From the NCBI RefSeq assembly GCF_000143415.4, contig NW_003314334.1, positions 906,822 through 970,821 of the forward strand: a stretch of DNA of 64,000 bases, read 5' to 3'. The position numbers were made by a program, and so were the translations under genes. The DNA is from Selaginella moellendorffii (taxonomy: Eukaryota > Plantae > Lycopodiophyta). The notes under the pieces were generated by a model that was given only the letters and a program-made list of their open reading frames with translations, made no database searches and had not been told where the DNA came from. This document shows positions 1-12,600 of the stretch, piece after piece. Numbering within the stretch: the stretch's first letter is position 1; every line of letters begins with the position of its first letter.

Positions 1-216
1 GGCGCTGGCGCTCAGCTCGCATTGCATCTCCTGGGGCGAGATTTCGGTCCGGCCAATGCGATTCGCGCTTGAACCGCTGGAATTCTTCGAATCCTCGGCC
101 TCTTCCTCAGCTTCTACTCTGGATCGCTTGCAATCGCTCGCAGCCTCACGAAGATCGCCGCCATTGCGGCAGCTCCCCTTTCTTTTTTTGGAGTCGCTGC
201 CCTGATGATCATCCAT
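1..216 (-). CDS. 5' end of a gene running off the window edge; low-complexity N-terminus with NLS-like motifs, family unknown
   Basis: ATG at 216 opens 72 stop-free codons to the edge (MDDHQGSDSKKRKGSCRNGG...KRSRVEAEEEAEDSK...). Divergent from the MA3 gene. Confidence 0.5.
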   Translation of the reverse strand, partial: MDDHQGSDSKKRKGSCRNGGDLREAASDCKRSRVEAEEEAEDSKNSSGSSANRIGRTEISPQEMQCELSASA

Positions 217-676
217 GCATGATCGATATCCCTTCTTCACGATATGGTGGTTTTGCTTCTAGCCTGGTTGGGCCACACGGTCCAAAATTCCACTAGGAAT
301 AGCGTACGAACACATGAAAATCTTAGCCTTTTGTTGATAGCAACGGTTCTAGAGAAGCGCACAGGGCATGGGCGATCAGGCGAGCATATTCCATAACGTG
401 GCATATTCCGTTTTTCTTTAACCATCCGTTAAAAGCAGAAGTGAATATTCTGGCAGGTCTCGATGAGAGACACGTGGACGGCCAGACAAATCACCTGCTT
501 CATTTCTTCTCCTTCCGCCCAGCGAAATGTAGCAGCCTCTTTCTTAGGGTTGGATTGGAACGGCAAGATCTCGCTAGGGCGTCGAAATCCCGCGCCGCGG
601 CGTCGATCTTTAGCTTGGCGAGGTGAGGAATTCTCGCGGCCTGTGCTGGCATTGTGATCTCCAGGCGGGAGGAGGA

Positions 677-2779
677 ATGGCCGTCTTGACGGATGATCAG
701 CGCAAAGTCATGAGCTCCGCTTGCATGGAGAGGGGCCGGGAGAAGAATTCGAGCAATCGTAAAAAGCCATGCAAGGCAAAGAAAGGTTTGCATGAATTTC
801 GGATCCATCGATTCGTGTTCTCTCGATTAAAATTTTTTGTTCTCTCTAGCTGGCGGGAGCGGGAAAGGCACCTGGGGCAGCCAACTGGATCAGATAGTCG
901 AGCTTAGAATCCATCCCGACGATCCAAATTACGATAGCGAGGAAGTAAGTTCATTTTTTTTTTCGATAGAAAACGCAAGTTACGATAGATTTTTTATCTG
1001 TTCTAGGAACCTTACTGGCTGGTGGAAGCTCCGGTTGCCGAATCCGTGGAAGAATTCAAGGGAAGAGTCCTGTTAGCCATCGAGGAGTACTTCATGTCGT
1101 CGAACATAGACGAGGCAGCTCAAGAGCTACGTGATCTCGGGTGCCCGGACTTTCAGCACTACTTTGTGAAGAAGCTCGTCTCCATAGCCATGGACAAGCG
1201 TGATCGCGAGAAGGAAAAGGCCGCGGTGCTGCTCTCGGCATTGTATGCCGACGTTGTTCCAGCGGACCAGATGGCTAAAGGCTTCCGGAAGTTGCTTCTC
1301 TCAGTGGACAACTTGGTGCTGGATAATCCCAACGCAGTCAAGATCTTGGCGGTGTTCGTGGCTCGCGCAGTGGTGGACGACATACTTCCACCCGCATTTC
1401 TCACGGACGCACAGAAGCTCTTGGCAGAAGGATCCAAGGGGATGGAAGTTGTGAACAAGGCTATGGCAACGCACTTGGGACCATCTGCTCATGCCGACAT
1501 GGTGGAGAAGAAATGGGGAGGAAGTACTCGCTCAACGGTGGAGCTTCTGGTGAAGAAGATAGACGAGACGCTCGAGGAGTATAGAGAATCCGGGGACGTA
1601 ACAAAGGCCTGCCAGTGCATCCGAGAGCTTGACATGGGCTACTATCACCACGAGCTCGTGAAGAGGGCCGCTACCTTGTCCCTGAAGAGCAACAAGAGCA
1701 CGCAAAGTTCCTTGTTGGCGTTACTCAAGCACTGCTCGGAAGAAGGCCTCATCAGCCCCAGCCAGATGTCGAAAGGCTTCATGAGATGTCTCGAGGAGTC
1801 GAGCGCCGAGGCTCGCGAGAAGTTGAAGCCGCTGGTGTCAGCGGCAGTGAATGAAGGATGGCTGAGTCCTTCGCTCCAGACTTCGTTAGCTTCGGCAGCT
1901 CCAGAGCCCGACTTCTCAAGCGCAGAGTTCAAGAAAAAGTCCACGGCCATCATCCACGAGTACTTCTCGTCCGACGACTCCCAGGAAGTTTTGAGGAGCT
2001 TGCAAGACCTGGCGAGCGTCCAGGACTTGTACCCTCTCTTCATCAAGAGGCTCATTCTGCTAGCGATGGACAGGAGAAGCCGGGAGAAAGAGATGGCTTC
2101 GAGCTTGCTGTCAATTATCCACACAGAGTCCGACACTGACCAAGTTGCCAAGGGGTTCGTCCTGCTTCTCGAGTCCGCCGAAGACACAGCACTGGACACT
2201 CCAGACGCAGGAACTCAGCTCACTTTCTTCCTCGCCAGGGCCGTGTTTGACAACGTCCTCACGCCGTTCTACCTGGAACAGATCAAGGGACAACTTCTAG
2301 AGAACTCGCTGGGAAGAGAGATCGTCGGCAACGCCAAGAGCATCCTCTCGGCCCAACACGCCGGCGAGAGGATCCTCCGGTGCTGGGGTGGCGGCACAGG
2401 CTGGGCGATCGAAGACGCGAAAGACAAAGTTTTTAAGATCGTGGAGGAGTTCGAAGCTGGCGGGGACTTGACGGAGGCGTGCCGGTGCATCCGCGAGCTC
2501 AACATGCCGTTTTTCCACCACGAGATCGTCAAGCGGGTGCTAGACATGGCGATGGAGAAGCAAAACGAGCGGCCGCTGGAGCTGCTGGAGCAGTGCTCGA
2601 GGGAGGGGCTCATCACCACCAGCCAGATGTGTGCCGGATTCACCAGGGTCTACAACTTGCTCAACGAGCTCGCGCTCGACGTCCCCAACGCGCACGAGAA
2701 GTTCCAGAGCTACGTCGAGACCGCGAAGCAGGCGAAGTGGCTGCGCGGCGAGTTTGATTTCCAGGGAGGCCTGTGCTAG
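677..2779 (+). CDS. MA3-domain translation regulatory factor (MRF/PDCD4-like); exons 677-758, 850-944, 1007-2779
   Basis: GT-AG splicing gives GGSGKGTWG...DPNYDSEEEPY followed by four MA3 repeats (IEEYF..., HHELVKRA, LALDVP). Confidence 0.93.
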
Positions 2780-2998
2780 ATCGAAGCGCAAGAGTTTTGG
2801 AGGATCTCACCGAAGAAACTTTGGATCACTGCGACAAGGGTACGTAAATTTTCCATCCTTTTTGTTCTTGACAGTGGGTATTTTGTTCTTGGGCAGTGGC
2901 TGACACTCGAGCTCCATGCCAGCATCGATCTTGTGAATAAACCCAGAAGAGAATTTGTGGAAAAAACTAGCCTACATTTTGCGCGTCCTTCGTCTTCT

Positions 2999-3175
2999 TC
3001 ATCGCATCTTTGCTTCGTTGAAGACGACGTGCTTGTTTACCCGTGGATCGTACTTGACGAGCTCCAGCTTGTGGGGCGTCTTGCGCGGATTCTTGGAGGT
3101 GACATAGAAGAATCCCGTGGCCGCCGAGGAGACGAGGCGGATGAGAATGCGCCCAGTCTTCTTCCCCTTCGCCAT
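2999..3175 (-). CDS. RPL33: Mitochondrial-type 50S ribosomal protein L33, 58 aa, intronless; below the ORF-track cutoff
   Basis: Manual translation: [58 protein letters not shown], a bL33 signature. Confidence 0.95.
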   Translation of the reverse strand: MAKGKKTGRILIRLVSSAATGFFYVTSKNPRKTPHKLELVKYDPRVNKHVVFNEAKMR

Positions 3176-3182
3176 CGCCTAT

Positions 3183-3191
3183 AAACCCTAA
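3183..3191. promoter_or_regulatory. Telo-box in the bidirectional L33/lipase intergenic region
   Basis: AAACCCTAA begins 8 nt upstream of the L33 ATG. Telo-boxes are typical of plant ribosomal protein genes. Confidence 0.6.
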
Positions 3192-3532
3192 ATCTCCAAT
3201 CGCCCAAAGCCCTAAATCTTCATAGATCTCGACGGTCCACGTGTGGACGATTGGGGCCGTGCCACATGTCGGGCGCAGAAGGGCGCATTGCTGGCGCGCT
3301 TGCGACTGTTGGATTGGGGGAAGATCGGAAAGACTAGAGTGGGGGTTTTTTGTTGATTGGGGAAGCGTGTCGAGGGATCTCGCGAAGCATTTTGCTGTGG
3401 ATTGCTGGATTTGCGCTTTGCGCTTTGTGGCGAGCTAAGGGACGCTGGTGATCGTGTTAACCCTAAATCTCTTCTTCTCTCCGGGCGGGGCGGGGCGAGC
3501 GGTCGATCCATCCATGCGTGTGCGCCGCGGCG

Positions 3533-6500
3533 ATGATCGAGAGCGTGGTTGAGGGCGCATTGGGCGTCGCCAAAGAGTAAGCTAGGGGATTTTGGGGTTC
3601 TCGTCTAGATTTTGATTCTTTCCTTTCCCGCGCTCCTCCAGGTCGATCAAGACCTTCACGCAGGAGGCCTTCAACATCACGATCAAGCTCATCAATGGAT
3701 TCTCGGCAATGCTTCTCGCGCTCATTCCTGGGAAGACGGCAATGCTCGAGGGTATACAAGGATGGGAGCTCCAACCGACCTTTCGTGCTGCTCGTATGCC
3801 GCGATGGATGGAGAAGTAAGTTTTCCAAGTTTTCATTTTGTGATAGGGAGTCGGCAAGTTCTTTCGAATGCTTTTGGTTTCCTTTTTCTTTGTGGTGTTA
3901 GATCTCCCTGTGACCAGTCCTTTTAAGACACGATTGTTCCTAAGTTCCTTGCGAGCTTTTGATTCGCTTAAGTTTACTTCCTGTTCTAATGGTCGCAAGT
4001 TTTTATTTCCTCATTGTCGGCAGAGTAGACAGGGTTCCACCTTAAGTTCTTGAATATTTCCAAGTATTATTTCATTCCGTGATAGAGATTCGTCCAAAGC
4101 GAGATGTTGCTGATGCGTGGCGAGTCCTTTCAATGCTTTTGGTTTCCTTTTTTCGATGTGCTGTTCGTTCTCTCTCTGGTCAGTGAGAATTCTGTCCTTT
4201 TTAGCTGATTTAGACAGGATCGTCCTTGCAGTTTTTTTATGTTTGATTCGTTTTAGTTTCCTTCCAGTCGTGATGGTTGCAAGTTTTTCTTCTTCATTGT
4301 CAGTAAGAATTAATTCTAATTGTCTTCACGTTTCTTGAATGATCGTTTTCTCTTGTTGCCTTTTATAGTGGAGTTTCTTCCTTCAACGAATTTATTCACG
4401 AGTACGCGGCTGATACCGACAGTGAGACTGAGTCCGAGTATGAATCTGGGTTGGACGACGATAGTATGCCACCGTCGCCATCTTCACAAACTTCGCATTT
4501 TTCGAGGTCGAGCAGTATGTCGAGAAGGCAGGGGAGGTCCTCTCTCTTTCGGCGTTTCTTGCGTTTGATAGCTTGGCCTATACTGGTATGGAGGCAGCAG
4601 CCAAGAGAGAGCAGCAGGAGGAGATTTATATCTCACAGCCGGAGTGGAAGCTCCGGGAGCTTTACGAGCTTGTATAGCCTGGCCAGCAAACGCTTCAACA
4701 GCATGAGAGACTTTGTGATGCTGCACCAAAGCTCGGATAGTCGGAGAAGAGGTGTGATCGAGGTAAGTGATTTAGTCCTTTGTTGAAAGGTCTCGAAGAG
4801 CTAAGCCTCTTTTTTGTTTTCCTTTGCTCAGGACTTACAGCTTTTGATGGAGCTTTCCATCGAGAGATTTTTTGACGTGATGCACAACATTCTATTCTAC
4901 TTTATCTCACCCATTCAGACTATGAAAACCTTAGCTCGGAAGATTTTTTGCCAGCAAGAAGAAGCGCCTTCTCTCGAGCAGAAGAGTGTTCTGGGCGATG
5001 CTGATCCAGCTCCAACGTTTCGAGAAGCGAGGCCCAAACAGAGATTAAACACCGATGCTAGGACTTGTAAGGATATCATTACTGACCTTGGGTGAGTATC
5101 GACATTTTCTTTCTGTTTTTTTGCAATCTTTCTTGGACTAAATATTGCATTGCAGTTACCCATATGAATGTCTCCGAGTAACCACTGAGGACGGATATGT
5201 ACTTTTATTAGAAAGAATTCCCAGGTAACCTGTTGATGCTTGAGATGTAATTGTTTTTGTTGACATGAGTTTGCAGACGGGATTCGCAAAAAGTGGTGTA
5301 TTTGCAGCATGGAATGTTTGACTCGTCACTCGGGTGAGTATCTATAGCATTTTTTCTTTTCGTTCGTATCAAAGCTGTTAAAAATTTCCAGATGGGTCTC
5401 AAATGGTGTTGTAGGCTCGCAGGCGTTCGCTGCGTACGACCATGGTAAGTGACAATCTCCATTTCACTCGTCTCGTGTAACGGTGTTGGCTTTTTCCAGG
5501 GTACGATGTATTTCTCGGCAACTTTCGGGGGCTAGTGTCCAGAGAGCATGTAAATAAGCATATTTCTTCCGAGAGGTCAGGCTACTCTTTCATCTCCCCT
5601 TCCCTTCTACAATCTTATGCCTTGGAGCCTTTGTTCTTCAGATATTGGAGATACTCAGTGAACGAGCACGCCACGCAGGACGTCCCTGCCATGATAAACA
5701 GATTACACGAGCTCAAGACGTCCGAGCTGCAGGAACTATCCGAATCCCCTTCGTCCACTACCGAGGAGGAGATGCCTTACACGCTGTGCGGGATCTCTCA
5801 CAGCTTAGGCGGTGCGGCCATGCTCATGTACGTCGTCACAGCTCGCCTCGAAGGCCGGCCGCATCGACTCTCGAGGCTCATCCTTCTCTCGCCGGCTGGA
5901 TTCCACGAGGACTCCCCCTGGCTTTTCTACATCTTGCAGTACCTCATTCCTCTGCTGGGTCCGGTGCTGCGGCCTCTCGTCCCTGGTATCTACATTCCAA
6001 CGAAGTTCTTGCGGATGGTTCTCAACAAGCTCGCCCGCGACTTTCAAAACTATCCAGCTCTCGGCGGCCTCGTCCAGCTCCTCTGCGGCTCCGTCGTGGG
6101 TGGCGACAGCTCCAACTGGGTCGGAGCGCTGGGACAGACGCACTACAACATGGACGACATGCCCGGGGTGGCGTACATGGTGGCGGAGCACATGACACAG
6201 ATGCTGCGCGCCAAGAGGTTCATCATGTACGACTTTGGCAGCGTCGCGGCCAACACGGAGGCGTATGGGACGCCGGAGCCGCTGGACGTGGCGGCCTTCT
6301 ACGACGTGATCGACATCCCGGTGGACTTCGTGGCCGGGAAGAAGGACCGGCTCATCCCGAGGAGCATGGTGAGGAAGCACTACGAGACGCTCAAGGCCGC
6401 GGGGGGGCAGGCCTCGTACCAGGAGTACGAGTACGCGCACCTCGACTTTACGTTCGCGCACAGGGAGGAGCTGCTGGCTTACGTAATGTCGCGGCTCCTG

Positions 6501-6971
6501 CTGGTAACTCCTCCGGAGAGGAAGCCAAAGGAGACGAGCAGGAGTAGCAGCGGCAAGAGATCGAGCGCTCGCAGCAAGTCGATGAGGAAGCTCAGCTCTG
6601 GAAGATCGTCGCAGAAGAAGCAGCTCAAGGTCTCGGCGGATGGAGAGGTGGTGACCAAGGAGAACGTCTCGGACAGGGAGCAGCGTCTCAACGGGCCGGG
6701 GCTGTTCAAGATTTCTTCGCTGGGCGACCACGATGGATTCGAGCAGGAGGCGGTAGAGCAGCAGTCGAGAGGCCAGGCACAGATCGTTGCGAGCGCAAAG
6801 GACGATGAGCAGTCGAGAGGCCAGGCACAGATCGTTGCGAGCGCAAAGGACGATGAGCAGTTGAGAGGCCAGGCACAGATCTTTGCGAGCGCAAAGGATT
6901 GTCTCGAAGGCTTGAACGATGAACAACTAGAGGAGCTGCAAGCTTCTTTGATGATCGAGAGAGCAGAGTGA
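3533..6971 (+). CDS. Alpha/beta-hydrolase lipase (AB-hydrolase-associated lipase family), multi-exon
   Basis: N-terminus MIESVVEGALGVAKE|SIKTFT. Motifs YPYECLRVTTEDGYVL, LQHGMFDS, nucleophile elbow SHSLGG, catalytic D (GKKD) and H (YAHLDF). Many short GT-AG introns. Confidence 0.9.
6757..6898 (+). repeat. 3 x 48-bp coding tandem repeat in the lipase C-terminus
   Basis: EQSRGQAQIVASAKDD repeated three times, nearly identical at the DNA level. Confidence 0.95.
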
Positions 6972-7186
6972 GTGATTCTTTTGTTCTTCTAGATTTTGTG
7001 TGACTTCCAAAGGAGCGATGGAATTAATTGTATTTATCATGGTCTAGTATTGACGTGCGCGGTAAATTCAAATTCAAATTTTCGAATTCGAATTTTTAGG
7101 GTTCTTGGAGAAGGCGGGTTGACGCGAGGAGAAATGGCAATTGGAGGTTTCGGCGCGCTGTAGCTGGATTGGATTGATCGATCGGC

Positions 7187-9629
7187 ATGGCTCCGAAGAA
7201 GGGGAAGAAGCAGCACGGCAAGGGAAAGCCGGGGGTGCTCAAAGCGAAGGGGAAAGAGACGAAGAAGAAGAAGAAGGACAAGAAATCGGGAGCGAAGAAA
7301 GATGGGAAGAAGAGCAAACTCGCGTCGGGGCTGGGGAATCTGCTCAAGGCCGGCGGCAAGAAGATGCAAGCAAAGATGAAATCGCAGGGCGCCAAGCTGG
7401 AGGAGAAGATGAAGAAGAAGGGGGTGGAGATGCAGCAGAAGATGAAAGCCAAGGGGAACGAGCTGCGCAAGAAGATGAAGGACAAGGTCCACGAGAAGTC
7501 GGAGGAGATGAAGAAGAAGATGAAAGACACAAGAGCGGGGATGAAGAAGAAGATGAGAGACAAGTCTCACGAGCTCAAGGCCAAGATGGAGAAAGGCGGG
7601 AGGGAGATGAAAGCCAAGATGAAGGCCAAAGGGAAGGAGCTCCAGGCCGACGCGAAGAAGAAGATGCGAGAGACTGGCAAGAGGATGAAAGAAACTGGGG
7701 AGAAGATGAAGCACTCTGGAGAGGAGCTGGAGAAAGAGATGGCGAACCTGGGCGGAGAGGCGGCGTCCGGGATCACGAACAAGCTGGTAGCCTGGCGCAA
7801 AACTTTCGAGGACAAAGGCTGGGCGATCGGCAAAGTCCAGGACGATTGGTTCTCGCTCATGCTGCTGGGACTCAACGCCTTTAGTGCGGGTTTGGCGATC
7901 CCAGTTCTCGGAGTCTCCATCTCCCTAGCTTCCGCGTTTAAAAGAGAGTGCCTGGCCTTCCTCCTCACTCCGGCCGTGACCATCGGCTTCCTCTTCAGCC
8001 TGCTGCTACTCGGGATCTCCCTGGCTGGATTCGCTGGGGTGTGGTGGAACCGTCTCGGCATCGTCAAGATCCACTTCTTCCTCACGGCCGTGCTGGTTGT
8101 CATGCTGCTGTGCTTCACCCTGTTCGGCTTCGCCGTGACTTATCGAGGTGGTGGGAAGAAGCTGCCAGGCATAGCCTTCCGGCGGTACCTCTTCACGGAC
8201 TACTCCAAGTGGCTCCAGAGGAAGCTGGTCGGGAATGGATCGCACTGGCAGGACATCCGGTCGTGCGTCGCCAAAGGGAGCTTCTGTCACAACTGGAACC
8301 TTGGCTCGGCCGAGGAGGTGTACTCCGCAAAGCTGTCCTCCACACAGGTCCCCTCTCCATCTTCTCTTTCGTTGTTGAATCGATCGTTGCTCTTCTCACG
8401 TAAACGTTGCTGCTCTTCTCACGTAAACTTTGTGCTGTTCGCAGTCTGGATGCTGCGCTCCACCATTTCCCTGTGGCTTTGCTTACCAAGGCGGGACCAA
8501 CTGGCGGCTTCCCAGCACCCCGGACGCGGACGCGGACTGCTCGGTGTGGAACGCCAACGAGCTCTGCCTCGACTGCGACTCTTGCAAGGCCGGCATCTTG
8601 CAGAACGTCAAGAGCAAGTGGTACAAGGCCTCGGTTGTCAACATCGTGGTGATTGCTGCGCTGCTTGCCATACTGTACCGGACGTGGTTCGTGATGCGCG
8701 TCAGCGGGAGGTGGGAGAGCGTCGCCCAGGAGGTAAAGCAGGCCGTCAAGCCCAAGGAGGAGGAACAGGAGCACGTCGAGCCGTCGGCGGTGATTGATAT
8801 CATCCTTGAAGGCGAGGAGCACGACGAAACCGCCAAGAAGAGAGCCGCCGCTCTGGTGGAAGAGGACGAAGACACGCTGTTCCCGTCGTGGCTGGAGGAA
8901 GACACACCTGCGGATTCCATACCGAAGAGTTCGTCAGCAACAAGCTCTCAAGCGAGTTCCACCAGCAAGAGAAGCAAGAAAGGCAAAGGGAAGAAGTCAC
9001 CACCATCCGAGACGTCGTCCGACGCTGGATCAAAGAAGTCTCGCAAGCAGAAAGGCAAAGGCAAAGCAACAACGGAGGACGAACAAGCGTCTGCTCAAGA
9101 TGACGATTCCTGGGCAAGTCCTCGGCAGCAGGCAGACTCAGCAGTGGGAACTTTCCCGCAGGGATTTGTAGCTCAGAATCCACTGGCTGCAATGTCTCCC
9201 TGGATGCAAAGTCCACAAGCAGGATACATGCAGAGCGGGGCTCTCTACAACGATCCAAACTACATGCAAGCGGCATACCTTCAAGGCCAGATTCCTGGAA
9301 ACTACACGTTCTACCAGACAGATCCATATGGACAAATGGCAGGGAACTTATACCAAGGATATCAAGATCCTCAGATGCAAATGTATATGCAAGATCCACA
9401 GATGCAACAGATGTACATGCAAGATCCGATGCAGGAGATGTATATGCAAGATCCTCAGATGCAGCAGATGTATATGCAAGACCCTCAGATGCAAAGTTAT
9501 GGTTTTCATCAGGACCCTTACGTGCAAGACCCCAACCAAGGATACCAGTACCAAGCTTACGATCCAAGCCAGGCTTACATGCAAGATCCAAACCAGGCAT
9601 ATCAAGAATGGCAGAATCCATCATATTGA
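7187..9629 (+). CDS. Tetraspanin with very long N- and C-terminal extensions (~781 aa); exons 7187-8347 and 8445-9629
   Basis: Four TM segments, EC1 Cys (RECLAFL), EC2 YSKWLQ...W..IRSC, Q|SGCCAPPFPCG and DCSVW...LCLDCDSCKAG. The single intron falls before SGCC, as in plant tetraspanins. Confidence 0.9.
9360..9600 (+). repeat. Coding ~30-bp tandem repeats (YMQDPQMQQM) in the tetraspanin tail
   Basis: Repeated atgcaagatcc units; about 8 QDP motifs. Confidence 0.9.
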
Positions 9630-9652
9630 CTAGAACGGTCTTACGTACCAGG

Positions 9653-12600
9653 TTAGATTTTTCCGGTGTACTTGAAGTTTTTCTCGTAGTCTTTCCTAAT
9701 CATCGCAAGATTGCTTCTCAGAGGTCCTTCTGCTAGATCAACAGTGAGAATCTCATAACACGAATGCAAGGCGTAACCTCCAAGTGCGGCGTGGAGTTGT
9801 TGTAGATCTTGAGACGAGCTCAAGAGTGCGTACACGCCCGGTCGAAGCTCCTTGTCCACCTCCCTGAAAGGAAGTTTTGGTTTACGATACGAAGGGAAAA
9901 GAAAGGGACTTTACCTGTCCAGGCCGGCTTCAAAAGGTCCAGCTCCTGACAAAACGGACAGATAATCGGAGAGGACGTTTATGCAGTACCTTCCCAAGGT
10001 CTCTTTCTGTTCTCCGAGCTGGATCGACGGGAAACAATGTTTCAGGCAAAAAAACATGTAAAACACGGCAAAGAAAAGTTACCTCTTCATATATTCGCCG
10101 AAGCCAACGGGCACACTGCATAGCAGTAACCGTAGTCATTGTACAAAGCTTTGATGAACTTTCCAAACAGTGTAACAGCACACGAAGAGATTCTCCCAGA
10201 AGTGCAATAGCGCGGCCGCTCTCTCTGTGAGAGGACAAAAGAGAGCGCTTTAGATGGATGCTCAAAATGATCAAATATGTTACCTTTTCCGATGTTTTAA
10301 GACTGTATATAGCAGCTTGCACGATGCAATATAAAAATGCAAGACGACCTCAGCGTCCACATTGCCATCCTCAATCTTGAAGCGGGGATTCCTGTGCTTG
10401 GTGTAGCTTGGGAGCTTGAACTGATATACTGGCTTTAAAATACCCACGGGACTGTGCAGAGCAAGAGCAACGTGAGTGGCTTTCATACAGAAAATGACTT
10501 CGCGGGAAGCGATCCTTGTTATGATGTCCAGGCTCTGGAGAAGGACGGAGGAGGAGGCGACTGTAGCTGGCCTCTCTTCCTGCCGTTTTTTCTTATAAAA
10601 CACAGCTGGTCCTTGAAGATGCGTGATTAGATTCACTAGCTCGGCGATGAATCTCGGTGAGTACTTTGCAAGGACTTTTAAACGTCGTGGACCTGTAAAA
10701 CAAAAAGACGATCATAGAGGTCACGATGGAAAAATAAAACAGCAACTTACCTGAAACAGCGTCCAGAGCGACTGCGAGGCACTCCACACAAGCCGCAGTT
10801 ACAACTCCAACTCTTCCATCGTCAGAGTCACCGAGTCTCAAAGCGGAGCTGAACTTGGAAACGTCAGAGCTTCCACAAAGTGCCTTCTGTATAGTCTGAA
10901 ACGCAAGAAGAAGCTGCGGCACTGGTGCGAACTTGATGAGCGCACAAAACGAATCCCTGATCGCAGCACCCAAGTCTCCGTAGAAACGGCCAAAGTCGAC
11001 ATGCAGCTCTCTGCCGGCTCTTATTTCAGACGACTGCAGCCATATAACAGCTCCCAGGAGATCAATATGCAGCTTCAAAAGTCTCAGGTACTCTGCTCGA
11101 GCTACCGGAGGTTGAAGCGAAGGTAGAACAAGCCCGAGTGACTCCATGCACTTGACTGCTCCGAAAATCCAGAAGAAACACGTACGCTTGGCGGGCGCAG
11201 CGTGATACATAAGGGACGTTGCCTCGGTGAGAAGTGAATAGACAACTTCCAGCACTGCACTGACTGTCGAAGGAGCCACCGTCTTACCGATAGAAGACGC
11301 TTTCAAAGCATACGGCGAAAAGTGTAGACTTCTCAGCTTCACCAAGGCAGCCATGGCCATCAAGAGCTCCCCAACGATTTCCGATCGTTCTCGTTGCAAG
11401 CCGCTGTCGAACAGCCAGCTTAGAGCAGCTTTCTGCGATTCGTCCAGTGGATGTAGCTGAGATGTCTCGTCCGCTCGAACGTTCACTTCCTCCATGTCAA
11501 TGTCTTGAGCCGGTTCTACTTTTCGATCCTCGTCGTCGCTCGAAGTTTCAGACTTTCCTTCGTCTTCTTGCTCTTCTTTTTCACTGTCGCTTTCATCGGT
11601 GCTCTCATCGTCCTCCTGGTCCTCCAGTAGTGTCTCAACTTTCAGGGCCTTCACATCGATGTTTTTCGAGTCCAGAAACACGTCTAGAATACTGCTCTGC
11701 CGTGACTCTGTACCCCGGGCTTCTGCAATACGTCCCAGTAGAATGGTAACAACCTTTTGCTCAATACTTCTGAGAGACGACACCCAAGGAATCGTTGTCA
11801 GCCATCGTAACTCTCTGCTTTTGTCTTCTTGACATTTTCTGTCCAGGAGCCCGAGAGTTTCAGCAGCTGTCCACAAAATACTCCTTGCGAAAGATATCGA
11901 TCCAAGAAAGCTGTAGCTTTGCAGCTCATTGTCATCTGCGTCCCAGGCACTGTCGGCTTGCTGTATACATTTGAACAGGAACTTAGTGTCGTCGTCCCTG
12001 TCAACTGATTCCGCCCGTGCTTCGGACCGCTTGACAAGGAGGCAGCTCGATTCCAACGCGAAGATCTGGTTCAAAATATGCTGGATGTATGACTGCGTAC
12101 TCTTGACAGCGGAAGCCAGCGAGCCAGCGATGGATTCAGCCACAAAAGCACTCCTTTCTTTCAGCTTCATTGCGCAATCTGAGGCCATGTTGATGGATCG
12201 ATATAGCCAGCTGAAAAGGTCCATATCGAATCCCGGAACGTCGCTACCGATCTGTTTGCTGCGGGTAATCGCGAATGCTTTTGTTGTCTGTCTGCAGACG
12301 GCAAAAAGTTCAAATATCTTGACACCTGAGATTTCTGATCTGTTCTTGATAATTGCAGCCAACATACTTAAGGCGAGTCTAAGAAAAAAAAAACATGTTC
12401 TTATAAGCAAAACAAAGAAAAAATGCGGTACCTTTCGACATAGCAAACCGAGAAAATGCACTGCATTGTATCCAGCTCCTTCTTTTGTCCCCAAGGAAAG
12501 GAAGCAATAAGCTGGAAAAGACCAATGCATGTTTCTAACGTTGAATCCGGCAACAGCTGGATGTTCAAGGTTGACGACTCAAAGCCTGTAAAAGAAGGCT

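Noticed and set aside
7187-8797. 536-aa ORF taken as the full tetraspanin
   Set aside because: It reads through the 8348-8444 intron and loses the GCC motif; the spliced form is used instead.
5645-9624. Long alternative-frame and antisense ORFs over the lipase and tetraspanin
   Set aside because: Shadows of GC-rich or repetitive coding sequence with no independent motifs.
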